The translations under genes and the position numbers were made by a program. Positions 17,288-25,522 of a stretch of DNA of 64,000 nucleotides are shown here, one piece after another. Within the stretch, counting starts at the first letter, position 1, and each line of letters opens with the position of its first letter. Where the stretch lies: positions 55,805 through 119,804 of the IMG/VR virus record IMGVR_UViG_3300034524_000090. One strand, 5' to 3'. The stretch is from a virus. A model generated the notes under the pieces. It did no database searches. It saw only the letters and a list, made by a program, of their open reading frames with translations, and was not told the origin of the DNA.

Positions 17288-19573
17288 GTGTTTAATAGGG
17301 TTAAAGTCATACCTTGGCAGGAGTTTTTTAAAGGGGAGGAAAAACTCCAAAAAACTAGAAAACCCCTTCTTCTCTCCCCTTTTTCCCCCTTTTTAGTGGT
17401 TAAAAATTTACCTTTAGTTTCATTTCAGCTTATACCGAATAAGCACACCAATAATGAAAATAATTTTATGCTTTTAAAAGCCCTTGATGAGCTTTACACG
17501 GTTCCCCTAAACAGGATCAGTTTGACCCAAAAACAAATAAATTATACACCCCTGCCGTATTTTGTTTGGGAAGTATGGTTTATAAATAAAAAAATTTATT
17601 TCCTGGCCCATATTCGTTCTGATTGGCGGGAATATATAGAACACAAATTGACCCTGGCATGGCCTAAAATTAATATCAATTATATGGAAAATATTCCTGT
17701 TTTACCTGATGAAAGCCGTATTTTTAATGTCACCTTAAAAAACCATTTTATTTTCCCCCTGGGAGTCAATAGACTTTTTAACCACCTTGAAACCTTGCTT
17801 GAAACGGTTAGAATAATGGATAACGAAGATAAAGCGGTTTTACAGTTTATTATTACGCCTTTAGGCCCTTCTTGGCATAGTAAAGCGGAATATTGTTATC
17901 AGCAAATTCGGCAGGGTAATATACCGCAAAAAATAGAACTTAAAACGCCGTTTTATTATGCGGCGGTAGCTTTGGAGCCTGTTATGCGGGAACTGTTAGA
18001 TTTTACTACTTTTCTTTTTGGCGACACAAATAGCCGTGAAAAAGACTCTAACCATATTAGAGAAAAGGTGAGTTTTTCACTGTATCAGAGCGTGATGAAT
18101 AAAATTAGACAGCCTGCTTTTGATACTACCATCAGGATAGGCGTTTACAGTATTAATACAAATAGGATACAGGCTATCAGTTATAATATTTTTGCCTTTT
18201 TGAACTTACTGGCGGGAGAACATAATGAGTTTAAACTGAAGCCTTTACCTGCCGAAACCGTTAAAAAATTAAACAACAGAAATCAGGAGTTTAGACTTAA
18301 CCATGATATTTTAACCCTTATGGAGTTAAATAAGCTGATTTTGTTACCTAATCTGGCTTTACAAAATGAATATAAAGAGATCGAAAAGGTAAGTAAGCAC
18401 GAGGTAGTTTTGCCTAAAATTTTGACTCAGGGAGGGCTTTTAATCGGCCATATGAATTACCAGAATGTCAGGCAGGAAGTGTATTTGCCTATTAACAATC
18501 ATGATGAGCTTTGTCTGCCTCATATTGTGATCGGCGGCATGGGCACAGGTAAAACTTCTTTTGGGGCCAATTTAGCCATAGAAGCCATACGGAATAATAT
18601 GGGGGCCATAATTATTGATCCCGCCAAGGGAGAAGCAGGCGATGAAATAGAACTGGCAGTGTCGAAAAACTTAATTAAAAGGATAAAATTCGGTCAGGAA
18701 ATAGTTTGTCTGGACTGGCGAGAGGCTTTGCATGGTGAGAGGAGTAAAAATAGATTTGCTAACGAACTTCTTAATTTCTTTGAGGTAGCTTCGGACGAGA
18801 TAGGTTTTCAGACGATCCGTTATTTAAGGGCGGCGGCTAAAGCCGTACCTTCCAATCGTCTAAAAGATATTATTGAGCTTATGACCAACAGTAGTTACAG
18901 AAAAAAAATAACGGCTAAAATGCGGGAGCAAGAAAAAGAGGTATGGGAAAATTTTAATACATTAAGCGATGCACGTCAGAATCAAATCCTGCATCCGATA
19001 CTAAACCGTTTGGATATTATTTTAGGAGATGATTATTTAAGTGAATGTATGGAGGCCGAAGAGGGCTTAGACTTTGTGGAACTGTTAAAAACCCCTAAAG
19101 TAATTGTTCTTGATGTGCCTAAACGTGAGTTGGGTGCTGAAGCTGTAGATGTACTGGCTACTTTATTAATTACCAAAATTAATCTGGCGATGGTTTTAAG
19201 AAATACTGATTTTCCAGTTTTTGTTATTCAAGACGAGCCGCATCAGTACATGAAGAGCTACCGTATCTGGAAATCGGCGGCGATTGAAAGTAGAAAATGG
19301 AAATTCAGTTTTGTATGGATGTTTCATGCCTGGGAGCAGTTGCCAAGAGATTTAATTAGTATAATCAGATCGGCTAATCCTCATTATCATTTATACACTT
19401 CATCAGAATTAACATATAGAGCTTTGGCTGAAGAAATAAAGCCGTTTGAAATACAGGAGGCGATTAATACCCCTACCCATTATGCCATTAATATTATCAG
19501 GGCCAACAATAAGACTTTAACACCTTTTATGGCGAAGATGCTTCCACCTCCTTCTAAAAGAAAAAGGGGTTAA
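17288..19573 (+). CDS. VirD4/VirB4/HerA-like P-loop ATPase
   Basis: Walker A GGMGTGKT, IIIDPAKGE, Walker B FVIQDEPHQ, ESRKWKF. Confidence 0.75.
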   Translation: MFNRVKVIPWQEFFKGEEKLQKTRKPLLLSPFSPFLVVKNLPLVSFQLIPNKHTNNENNFMLLKALDELYTVPLNRISLTQKQINYTPLPYFVWEVWFINKKIYFLAHIRSDWREYIEHKLTLAWPKININYMENIPVLPDESRIFNVTLKNHFIFPLGVNRLFNHLETLLETVRIMDNEDKAVLQFIITPLGPSWHSKAEYCYQQIRQGNIPQKIELKTPFYYAAVALEPVMRELLDFTTFLFGDTNSREKDSNHIREKVSFSLYQSVMNKIRQPAFDTTIRIGVYSINTNRIQAISYNIFAFLNLLAGEHNEFKLKPLPAETVKKLNNRNQEFRLNHDILTLMELNKLILLPNLALQNEYKEIEKVSKHEVVLPKILTQGGLLIGHMNYQNVRQEVYLPINNHDELCLPHIVIGGMGTGKTSFGANLAIEAIRNNMGAIIIDPAKGEAGDEIELAVSKNLIKRIKFGQEIVCLDWREALHGERSKNRFANELLNFFEVASDEIGFQTIRYLRAAAKAVPSNRLKDIIELMTNSSYRKKITAKMREQEKEVWENFNTLSDARQNQILHPILNRLDIILGDDYLSECMEAEEGLDFVELLKTPKVIVLDVPKRELGAEAVDVLATLLITKINLAMVLRNTDFPVFVIQDEPHQYMKSYRIWKSAAIESRKWKFSFVWMFHAWEQLPRDLISIIRSANPHYHLYTSSELTYRALAEEIKPFEIQEAINTPTHYAINIIRANNKTLTPFMAKMLPPPSKRKRG

Positions 19574-19584
19574 CCCCCCTGTTT

Positions 19585-20496
19585 TTATATATTCCTGATT
19601 CTTTTGCGTGAAAACATTCGTTGAACAACGCTGGCTGTAGTATGTTTGTCTTTTATGTCCTGCTCAACCAGATGAACATATTTGATAGCCATCTCTAAGC
19701 CAGAATGTCCAAGTAAATAACGTAAGGAGTGGATGTCACCACCGCCACGTAAGAATTCTGTAGCGGCTATATGCCTTAAACTGTAGGCGTTTATTTTTAA
19801 ACCTAGTTTTCGGCTGTATTTTTGTAATTTATGGTTCCATGAAGTTTCCAGCATAGGTTGTCCATCTTGGTTGCAGAAAACAGGTGAGTGGAGCCATTCC
19901 CTGGGTCTAACTGCCAGGAGTTTATTTAGTGCTTCGGCGGTAACGGGCGTAATGGGCAGGATGCGGGTTGTTCTGGTTTTGGAAATTTCGGCCCTGACGG
20001 TTACGGTAAGATTTTTGAGATCAATATCGGCTGGTATAAGCTGTAATGCTTCGCTTGGTCTGATGGCCGTATCTAAAGTTAATAGTATCAGTGTATAATC
20101 CCTTAAACCCGCATAGGTTTTACGATCAGGTAGTTTTAGTAATTCTTGCAGGGTATCGGTATTGATGTTGATAAATTTTATTTCCGTTTTCTTTCTCTTA
20201 AATTTTTTTAAGGGGTTGTCGTCAATATATTCTTCTTCGACGCAGTAATTGAAAAAGGCTTTTAGATAGACCAGTCTTAAATTATAGGTGGCGGGTTTAA
20301 CCCTTTCGGCCATATAAATGTTTATGGCTTCTTTCAGTTTGTCGGGCCATGCGTCTGGAAATCGTTTAAAAAAGCGTTCAACATGATTCTGGTAATCTTT
20401 TAAAGTTTTTTCAGCTAGTCCTTGAGCCGTTTTATGCCAGATAAATTGTTGTAACGCCTGTCTCCAGTCTACCTTTTTTAGATTTACGCTGTGCAT
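19585..20496 (-). CDS. int: Tyrosine recombinase / phage integrase
   Basis: SAM-like N domain, AIRPSEAL (Arg), YSLRH, LLGHS, IKYVH (catalytic Tyr); next to tRNA-derived att. Confidence 0.92.
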   Translation of the reverse strand: MHSVNLKKVDWRQALQQFIWHKTAQGLAEKTLKDYQNHVERFFKRFPDAWPDKLKEAINIYMAERVKPATYNLRLVYLKAFFNYCVEEEYIDDNPLKKFKRKKTEIKFININTDTLQELLKLPDRKTYAGLRDYTLILLTLDTAIRPSEALQLIPADIDLKNLTVTVRAEISKTRTTRILPITPVTAEALNKLLAVRPREWLHSPVFCNQDGQPMLETSWNHKLQKYSRKLGLKINAYSLRHIAATEFLRGGGDIHSLRYLLGHSGLEMAIKYVHLVEQDIKDKHTTASVVQRMFSRKRIRNI

Positions 20497-20599
20497 AAAA
20501 AATAGCCTCCTACTTTTTCAGTAGAAGGCCATTTTTAATAACAAAGGATTCGGTCTAACTTTTTCTTTTTTGGGGCCTATAAGCCCTTGATTTTCCTTC

Positions 20600-20647
20600 T
20601 GGTGCCTCAGGGCGGAATCGAACCGCCGACACGAGGATTTTCAGTCC
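20600..20647 (-). other. attP core: 3' part of tRNA-Phe(GAA) including CCA
   Basis: Minus strand GGACTGAAAATCCTCGTGTCGGCGGTTCGATTCCGCCCTGAGGCACCA; 5' half absent; ~100 bp upstream of int; phage genes on both sides. Confidence 0.85.
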
Positions 20648-20922
20648 GACTAATACGGCAAAAATCCTCCAAGGCTTGATATTGCTTAATTCGGCCTTCT
20701 ACTGATTTTTTATTGACAGCGGATTTCCTTATGAAAAAAGGATTTTCTACTGTCGTAGATATATTATACGCCATTCCGACAAAAAATCCTTCTTGGTAGC
20801 CATATTTTTTTATCCACCCCCAAACCGATAGAATAAAGGATACAAATAAAAAAATAAAAAATAAAAATCGGCAAAGGCCAAGGGTCAAGATGACAAACTA
20901 GATTAAAAAAGGGCAATAAAAA

Positions 20923-20956
20923 AACCCCTTACGGGTGGTTATTCCCGTAAGGGGTT
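20923..20956 (-). terminator. Terminator ending the minus-strand early array
   Basis: AACCCCTTACGGG-N8-CCCGTAAGGGGTT with T-tract on minus strand. Confidence 0.8.
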
Positions 20957-20971
20957 ATACATCTATAATAT

Positions 20972-21895
20972 CTAAGCGGCTAAAAGTTCATAAGTCTGAT
21001 CCAAAAGCTCTGCGCCGTTAATAATATTTACAAAGTGGCGTTCCTTAAATGTCTTTGATTTTCTTAAAGGCTCTTTATGTGTAACATGATCTGCAACAGC
21101 ATTTAAAAAGCCCCAAGCAGTGCCTTTAAACTTCTGTAAATCAGGGGCTTTATCATAGCGATACAAAATATCGTTTCTTAGTCTTATTACGTTTTCTTTG
21201 GCTTTTTCGCTCATATCGTTTTTAGTTGGCAAAATAGTGTTGATAATCTCTTCTATATCTTTTTCTTTCAAAGAAATATTAACCATATTTTCAGCGGTTT
21301 TTTGTAGATTTTTTAAGTAAATATCAGTTAATTCTAATGTTCTTCTGGCTTCCTCTAATCGGCCCTGAATATCTCCTCTGTGAATTACACTCCAAGACCG
21401 TTGAGCAGTTTTTAGTGCTAAATTTAATGTATTATTACATACAACACGTACTGGTGTTAATGCGACTTTTACTGGACTTTTGCCGTCATGACTATTAGTA
21501 AAAACTATATAAGGTATTGTAACATCATCAATAAGTTTTATTTCTGGTAAGCGGCCTAATAACCATATTTGTTTACCTTCTTTCAACGATCCTGCTGTTT
21601 CATATTTTAGTCCTTCGCCGATCAAAGAATCTGTAAAAACGAAGGCTTCTTTGTTTTGAATAATTTTGTAACGGTTGCTTACAATACCTAAAACTTTTCC
21701 ATTATCGCTTCTCACGTTGGCCCAATAATTGGGCACTTTCCTTCCTTGCACATAAATTTCTTCAGGTATAACTTCCCAGTCTAAACCTGCTTGTTTAATC
21801 GCTTCTTCTGAAGTTGGGGGTTCATTAAGGATTCTACTCAGGCCATGCCAGGGCACTTCACGAACTGAAAACATAGTTTCAACTAATGCGCTCAT
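20972..21895 (-). CDS. DUF932/DUF945 phage/plasmid protein
   Basis: VETMFSVREVPWHGL, AGLDWEV, YETAGSL, NSHDG, TPVRVVCNNTL, GTAWGFLNAV. Confidence 0.85.
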   Translation of the reverse strand: MSALVETMFSVREVPWHGLSRILNEPPTSEEAIKQAGLDWEVIPEEIYVQGRKVPNYWANVRSDNGKVLGIVSNRYKIIQNKEAFVFTDSLIGEGLKYETAGSLKEGKQIWLLGRLPEIKLIDDVTIPYIVFTNSHDGKSPVKVALTPVRVVCNNTLNLALKTAQRSWSVIHRGDIQGRLEEARRTLELTDIYLKNLQKTAENMVNISLKEKDIEEIINTILPTKNDMSEKAKENVIRLRNDILYRYDKAPDLQKFKGTAWGFLNAVADHVTHKEPLRKSKTFKERHFVNIINGAELLDQTYELLAA

Positions 21896-21945
21896 TTTTA
21901 TTTTATCCTCCTTGTGTTTTATTTTTTATGTTTAATTTTTGATTT

Positions 21946-22215
21946 TTAATTTACATTTATTTCGTGTATATATTTTGTTCCTTGTACTATTTGAAATCTA
22001 CAATGCATACACACAGGTTTGCCATAAAAAATATCATCAGTAGCATTGCCACAGAAAATACAAGAGTATTCATAGGGTTTTAATATAATTTGGTTTTTAT
22101 CTATTATAAATTCTATCTCTGTTCCTTCTTCCCAATTTGCCGCTCTAACAATTTCAGGTGGCACAACTAATTTACCTTGTTTAATTGCACGTCTAATATT
22201 AGTTTTTTTACTCAT
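21946..22215 (-). CDS. AbrB/MazE/SpoVT-family regulator with C-terminal CxxC pair
   Basis: GKLVVPPEI..IEF..IILKPY then CIFCG..VCMHC as in clostridial AbrB. Confidence 0.8.
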   Translation of the reverse strand: MSKKTNIRRAIKQGKLVVPPEIVRAANWEEGTEIEFIIDKNQIILKPYEYSCIFCGNATDDIFYGKPVCMHCRFQIVQGTKYIHEINVN

Positions 22216-22382
22216 AATTTAACAAATACCTCCTACGTGTGTCCAAGGGTTATAAATTTTAAATACCCAAATTTCTTTACCAGAATTGGTTTTTATCCTT
22301 CCTGAAGGTATTCCCATAACTGCGTGAAATCCCATAGTTTTATTAGCCTTTTTTATTTGGCCCTTAATTTGTTTTCTATTTT

Positions 22383-22646
22383 TCATTGTCTCACCTTCTT
22401 TAGTCTTTGTTGATGAACGGGATTAGGCTTATTTACCCAACCTCCTTCGTCTTCTCTATAATCTAATTCGCCACGTAATATTTTTGTTTCAGTTTCATAA
22501 TCAACAATTTCACCAGGACAATCGGTTGTCAACGAACCTTCAGCGAGCTTGCAAATTTTACACATTGCTAATCCACCTTCACAAATAGGACAATGGATTT
22601 TCTCTATGCAATTACAATCTTCAGGCTTATAAAATATATGCTTCAT
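22383..22646 (-). CDS. Cys-rich hypothetical phage protein
   Basis: CPICEGGLAMCKIC..EGSLTTDCPG; AGGAG RBS. Confidence 0.7.
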   Translation of the reverse strand: MKHIFYKPEDCNCIEKIHCPICEGGLAMCKICKLAEGSLTTDCPGEIVDYETETKILRGELDYREDEGGWVNKPNPVHQQRLKKVRQ

Positions 22647-22689
22647 TAATAATCACTCCTACGTTTTTTCTTTGAAGTGTGAAGTAAAG

Positions 22690-23115
22690 TTATTTGTTTC
22701 TCTGGGTGGCTTCCCGATAAAGATAATACTTGCCTGCCCAAACAGCAAAATCATGTATGTCCTCTAGTTTGCCAGCCTCAAAAAGAGCATAAAACTCATC
22801 AGAACTCATCTTGTATTTGCGCTCATAACTTTGAAGTTGCTGTTCTAGGAACTTGATTATACTTCCCCGATCACCAGTTAATCGATATACAGTTCGCTCA
22901 AAGTCGTTATAGGACATCATCTTATCCTTATTAAGCCTAACTTTTACCATATTGTTCCACCCTTTGATGTTAAGCTTTTCGCATTTTAAACATGATGCGT
23001 TTTCTCTTTGAAATTCGAGGCTTCCCCATGCTTGTTCTCTTATCTGCTCCTCTATTTTCCGCACAAGAATTCGAGCTTCGTTAATCCATTGCTGATGTAA
23101 AAAACTGTTTGCCAC
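22690..23115 (-). CDS. TumA-like antitoxin-type protein (probable start 22950)
   Basis: LQSYERKYKMSSDEFY..FEAGKLED..DFAVWAG pattern; AAAGGGGTG RBS before ATG 22950. Confidence 0.5.
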   Translation of the reverse strand: MANSFLHQQWINEARILVRKIEEQIREQAWGSLEFQRENASCLKCEKLNIKGWNNMVKVRLNKDKMMSYNDFERTVYRLTGDRGSIIKFLEQQLQSYERKYKMSSDEFYALFEAGKLEDIHDFAVWAGKYYLYREATQRNK

Positions 23116-23154
23116 TTCGATCTACTCCCTCCACATTCTCTTTGGAATGTGTAG

Positions 23155-23343
23155 TTAGCGATTAACACTTTCTTCTAACTCATTTTCTAAATCGTGAAGA
23201 TATATACTAACTCCAAACGCAAATTCGGTTACTTTGGGAGCACGTTCCTCCACCTGTTCTGCCATAGGTAAAAGTTCATTTAAATGTCTGCGTATGGTTT
23301 TGCACTTTTGTTTCATAAACCTATATTCATCTTTGGATAACAT
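23155..23343 (-). CDS. Hypothetical protein
   Basis: GGGAGG RBS; bounded by R2 motifs. Confidence 0.7.
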   Translation of the reverse strand: MLSKDEYRFMKQKCKTIRRHLNELLPMAEQVEERAPKVTEFAFGVSIYLHDLENELEESVNR

Positions 23344-23405
23344 AACAGTCCTCCCTTTTGCTTCACATCCTAAACATGATGTGTCTCATCGTTTGTTATG
23401 TGTAT

Positions 23406-23663
23406 TTACCTAAAAAACTCATTATAAAGCTCATTATATGCTTTTTCGTAGTTTTGAGGATTACCATCTCTTTTGACCCATTCATCATAGCAAGCATCTA
23501 CCTGCCAATGGAAATCAGACCGTGGATTGTTATTTGCATATGCTGATAGCCATATTTTATCTTTGGTTTCTTTAAACAATTCTTCTTTTGTCATTTGGGC
23601 TAGTTTTTTTAGATACAAAGATCTAGGTTTTCCATGATTGTCATTCCCGCTATATTTGTCCAT
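23406..23663 (-). CDS. Hypothetical protein
   Basis: AAGGAG RBS; bounded by R2 motifs. Confidence 0.7.
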   Translation of the reverse strand: MDKYSGNDNHGKPRSLYLKKLAQMTKEELFKETKDKIWLSAYANNNPRSDFHWQVDACYDEWVKRDGNPQNYEKAYNELYNEFFR

Positions 23664-23704
23664 TTCTTTTTTCTCCTTCGCATTTTCTTTGGAATGTGTT
23701 AATC

Positions 23705-23971
23705 TTAACTGCTGCTGACTGTAATATAAGCCTTATAGTTTTCAGGCAATTTTTGACCACAAATGGGACAATATGTGAACCTTATGTGCTCAGTAGTTCC
23801 ACGTTTTGATACTCGTAATTCTTTTCCATTTTTTAAATACTGTTTTTTGGCAATCACAAACGGCCTAATATATGCCTCAATAACAAAATTTAAACTTACT
23901 GTAGCATTTCTACCATATTTCACATATTCTTTTGATAAACTGCTTGCTAATTCTGTTGCACAATTACACAT
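23705..23971 (-). CDS. Hypothetical Zn-binding protein
   Basis: MCNC...YCPICG. Confidence 0.65.
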   Translation of the reverse strand: MCNCATELASSLSKEYVKYGRNATVSLNFVIEAYIRPFVIAKKQYLKNGKELRVSKRGTTEHIRFTYCPICGQKLPENYKAYITVSSS

Positions 23972-24019
23972 TTATATTACCCCCATACATCTTAATAATA
24001 TTGTTCCTTTTTTATTATC

Positions 24020-25039
24020 TTAGTACACATAATGAGGTGTTTTTCCATCGTATATTATTTCTTCTTCTTGTTGTTCTTCCTGTTGTTCTTGTTCTTCTTG
24101 TTGTTGTTCAAGGTATTTTGTTAGAATTTCAATGCCTCTTGGGGTAATTTCACGTCCTCGACTGGTTTTTTTGATAAGCCCTAAAGTATACAGCCAGGGT
24201 TCTATTACTTCTTCAACAGTCGAAACAGGTACACCTAACAGGTTAGCTATACTTTTAGCGCCAACTGGTCTTTCAGCCCAAGCTAATTGCATAAGATAAA
24301 AATAATCCCTATGTTCTAAACCCATTTCGTCTAATCCTAAGACCTCCATTGTTTCTAAGACAATATCAGGAGGTATTTCATTTGTTCCTTTTATTACTGC
24401 CATATCAATAACACGGTATAAAAGATTTAAGGCTATTCGGGGTGTTAGTTTAGACCGTTTAGCAAGTTCAAACGCACCTTCAACACTAAGTCTAAAACCT
24501 AATTCTTGTGCGGCAAGGGTGACTATCACACCGATTTCTTCAAATTGATAATCCTCCATTTCAATTATTAAATCAAACCTGTCCCGTAACGGCTTTGTTA
24601 CATCGCCTAAACGGGTTGTGGCTCCTATAATAGTAATTATAGGTGTTCTGGCCTTTTTAATTTCATTACCTACTTTGACATCAATCATCCAATCTTCTAA
24701 AACTGTATATAATTTTTCTTCGACCTCTAAAGGTAATGAATGGATTTCGTCAATGAATAATATTTGTAGTTTATCATCGTGTTCAAAACTAATAAGTAGC
24801 TGAATTAGATCCTGTTCTGTACGAAGACTAGGCGCCATTACAACTTTAAATTCAGCTTCTAGTTCTTCAGCCAGAGCTTTAGCTAATGCTGTTTTTCCAG
24901 TTCCAGGTTTACCTACAAAAAGCATATGCGGGGGCACTCGTCCTGATAAGAGTGCCCCTCTAACAGCTAGTCGTATTTTATTTTTAGCTTTTTCTTGGCC
25001 TATATAGTAAGCTAAATTTTTAGGAGTATATAACTGCAT
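24020..25039 (-). CDS. ruvB: RuvB-like Holliday-junction branch-migration AAA+ ATPase
   Basis: YIGQ, GKPGTGKT, FIDEIH, GATTRLG..PLRDRF, TPRIA, IEPWL, TSRGR; acidic Q/E tail. Confidence 0.88.
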   Translation of the reverse strand: MQLYTPKNLAYYIGQEKAKNKIRLAVRGALLSGRVPPHMLFVGKPGTGKTALAKALAEELEAEFKVVMAPSLRTEQDLIQLLISFEHDDKLQILFIDEIHSLPLEVEEKLYTVLEDWMIDVKVGNEIKKARTPIITIIGATTRLGDVTKPLRDRFDLIIEMEDYQFEEIGVIVTLAAQELGFRLSVEGAFELAKRSKLTPRIALNLLYRVIDMAVIKGTNEIPPDIVLETMEVLGLDEMGLEHRDYFYLMQLAWAERPVGAKSIANLLGVPVSTVEEVIEPWLYTLGLIKKTSRGREITPRGIEILTKYLEQQQEEQEQQEEQQEEEIIYDGKTPHYVY

Positions 25040-25042
25040 CAG

Positions 25043-25522
25043 TTAGGCCCCCTTTTTATCTTTTTTGTTGTTGCGTTCAACTTTTATAACTAATGCTTTT
25101 TCCTTATTATCCCAGGTGGCTAAATATTTTTTCAGCACTACATCAAAACTACTTAACCATTCGACAAATGTTCTACTAAAAGCCCTACCTGATCTGCCGT
25201 TATTTATAATATCTAGTTTCAAAGCACCCTCATTATCAGGTTTAAATTTTAATTCATTGGTTTCGTCATCAAAAATAGGTTTTAGTCTTATTGCAGATTT
25301 TATATCGGGGCCTAAAGCACTTACAGCGGCTAAATTAAAATGTATAGCGCCTTTTGGAGTAATATTAATTGTAGGGTCTAAAAACCTGGTATAACTACCG
25401 CCTTCAAATACGTGTTGCATTTTGGTTACACCTCCTTTGGTTTTTACTAGTATGCCCGTTTCTTCATCTAAATTATACATTTTATTTTCTCCATAATCAA
25501 GAGTTTTATTTTGTACTAACAT
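25043..25522 (-). CDS. Hypothetical protein
   Basis: Co-oriented, tightly packed ORF. Confidence 0.65.
   Translation of the reverse strand: MLVQNKTLDYGENKMYNLDEETGILVKTKGGVTKMQHVFEGGSYTRFLDPTINITPKGAIHFNLAAVSALGPDIKSAIRLKPIFDDETNELKFKPDNEGALKLDIINNGRSGRAFSRTFVEWLSSFDVVLKKYLATWDNKEKALVIKVERNNKKDKKGA

Larger units (their letters stand above)
22662..23698. repeat. Motif R2: 20-bp quasi-palindrome CACATTCYAAANANAATGYG between genes (22662, 23132, 23364, 23679; also 52810, 53573)
   Basis: Direct reading; each copy lies between a stop codon and the next RBS. Confidence 0.75.

Noticed and set aside
16557-19573. Complete conjugative T4SS / ICE
   Set aside because: No relaxase, VirB6/VirB8 or transglycosylase recognisable; embedded in phage genes
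20600-20675. Complete tRNA-Phe gene
   Set aside because: Only anticodon loop to CCA present; D arm and 5' acceptor strand missing
20607-20888. 93-aa minus-strand ORF ending RTENPRVGGSIPP
   Set aside because: The end is the translation of the tRNA-Phe fragment; spans att and regulatory DNA with no good RBS
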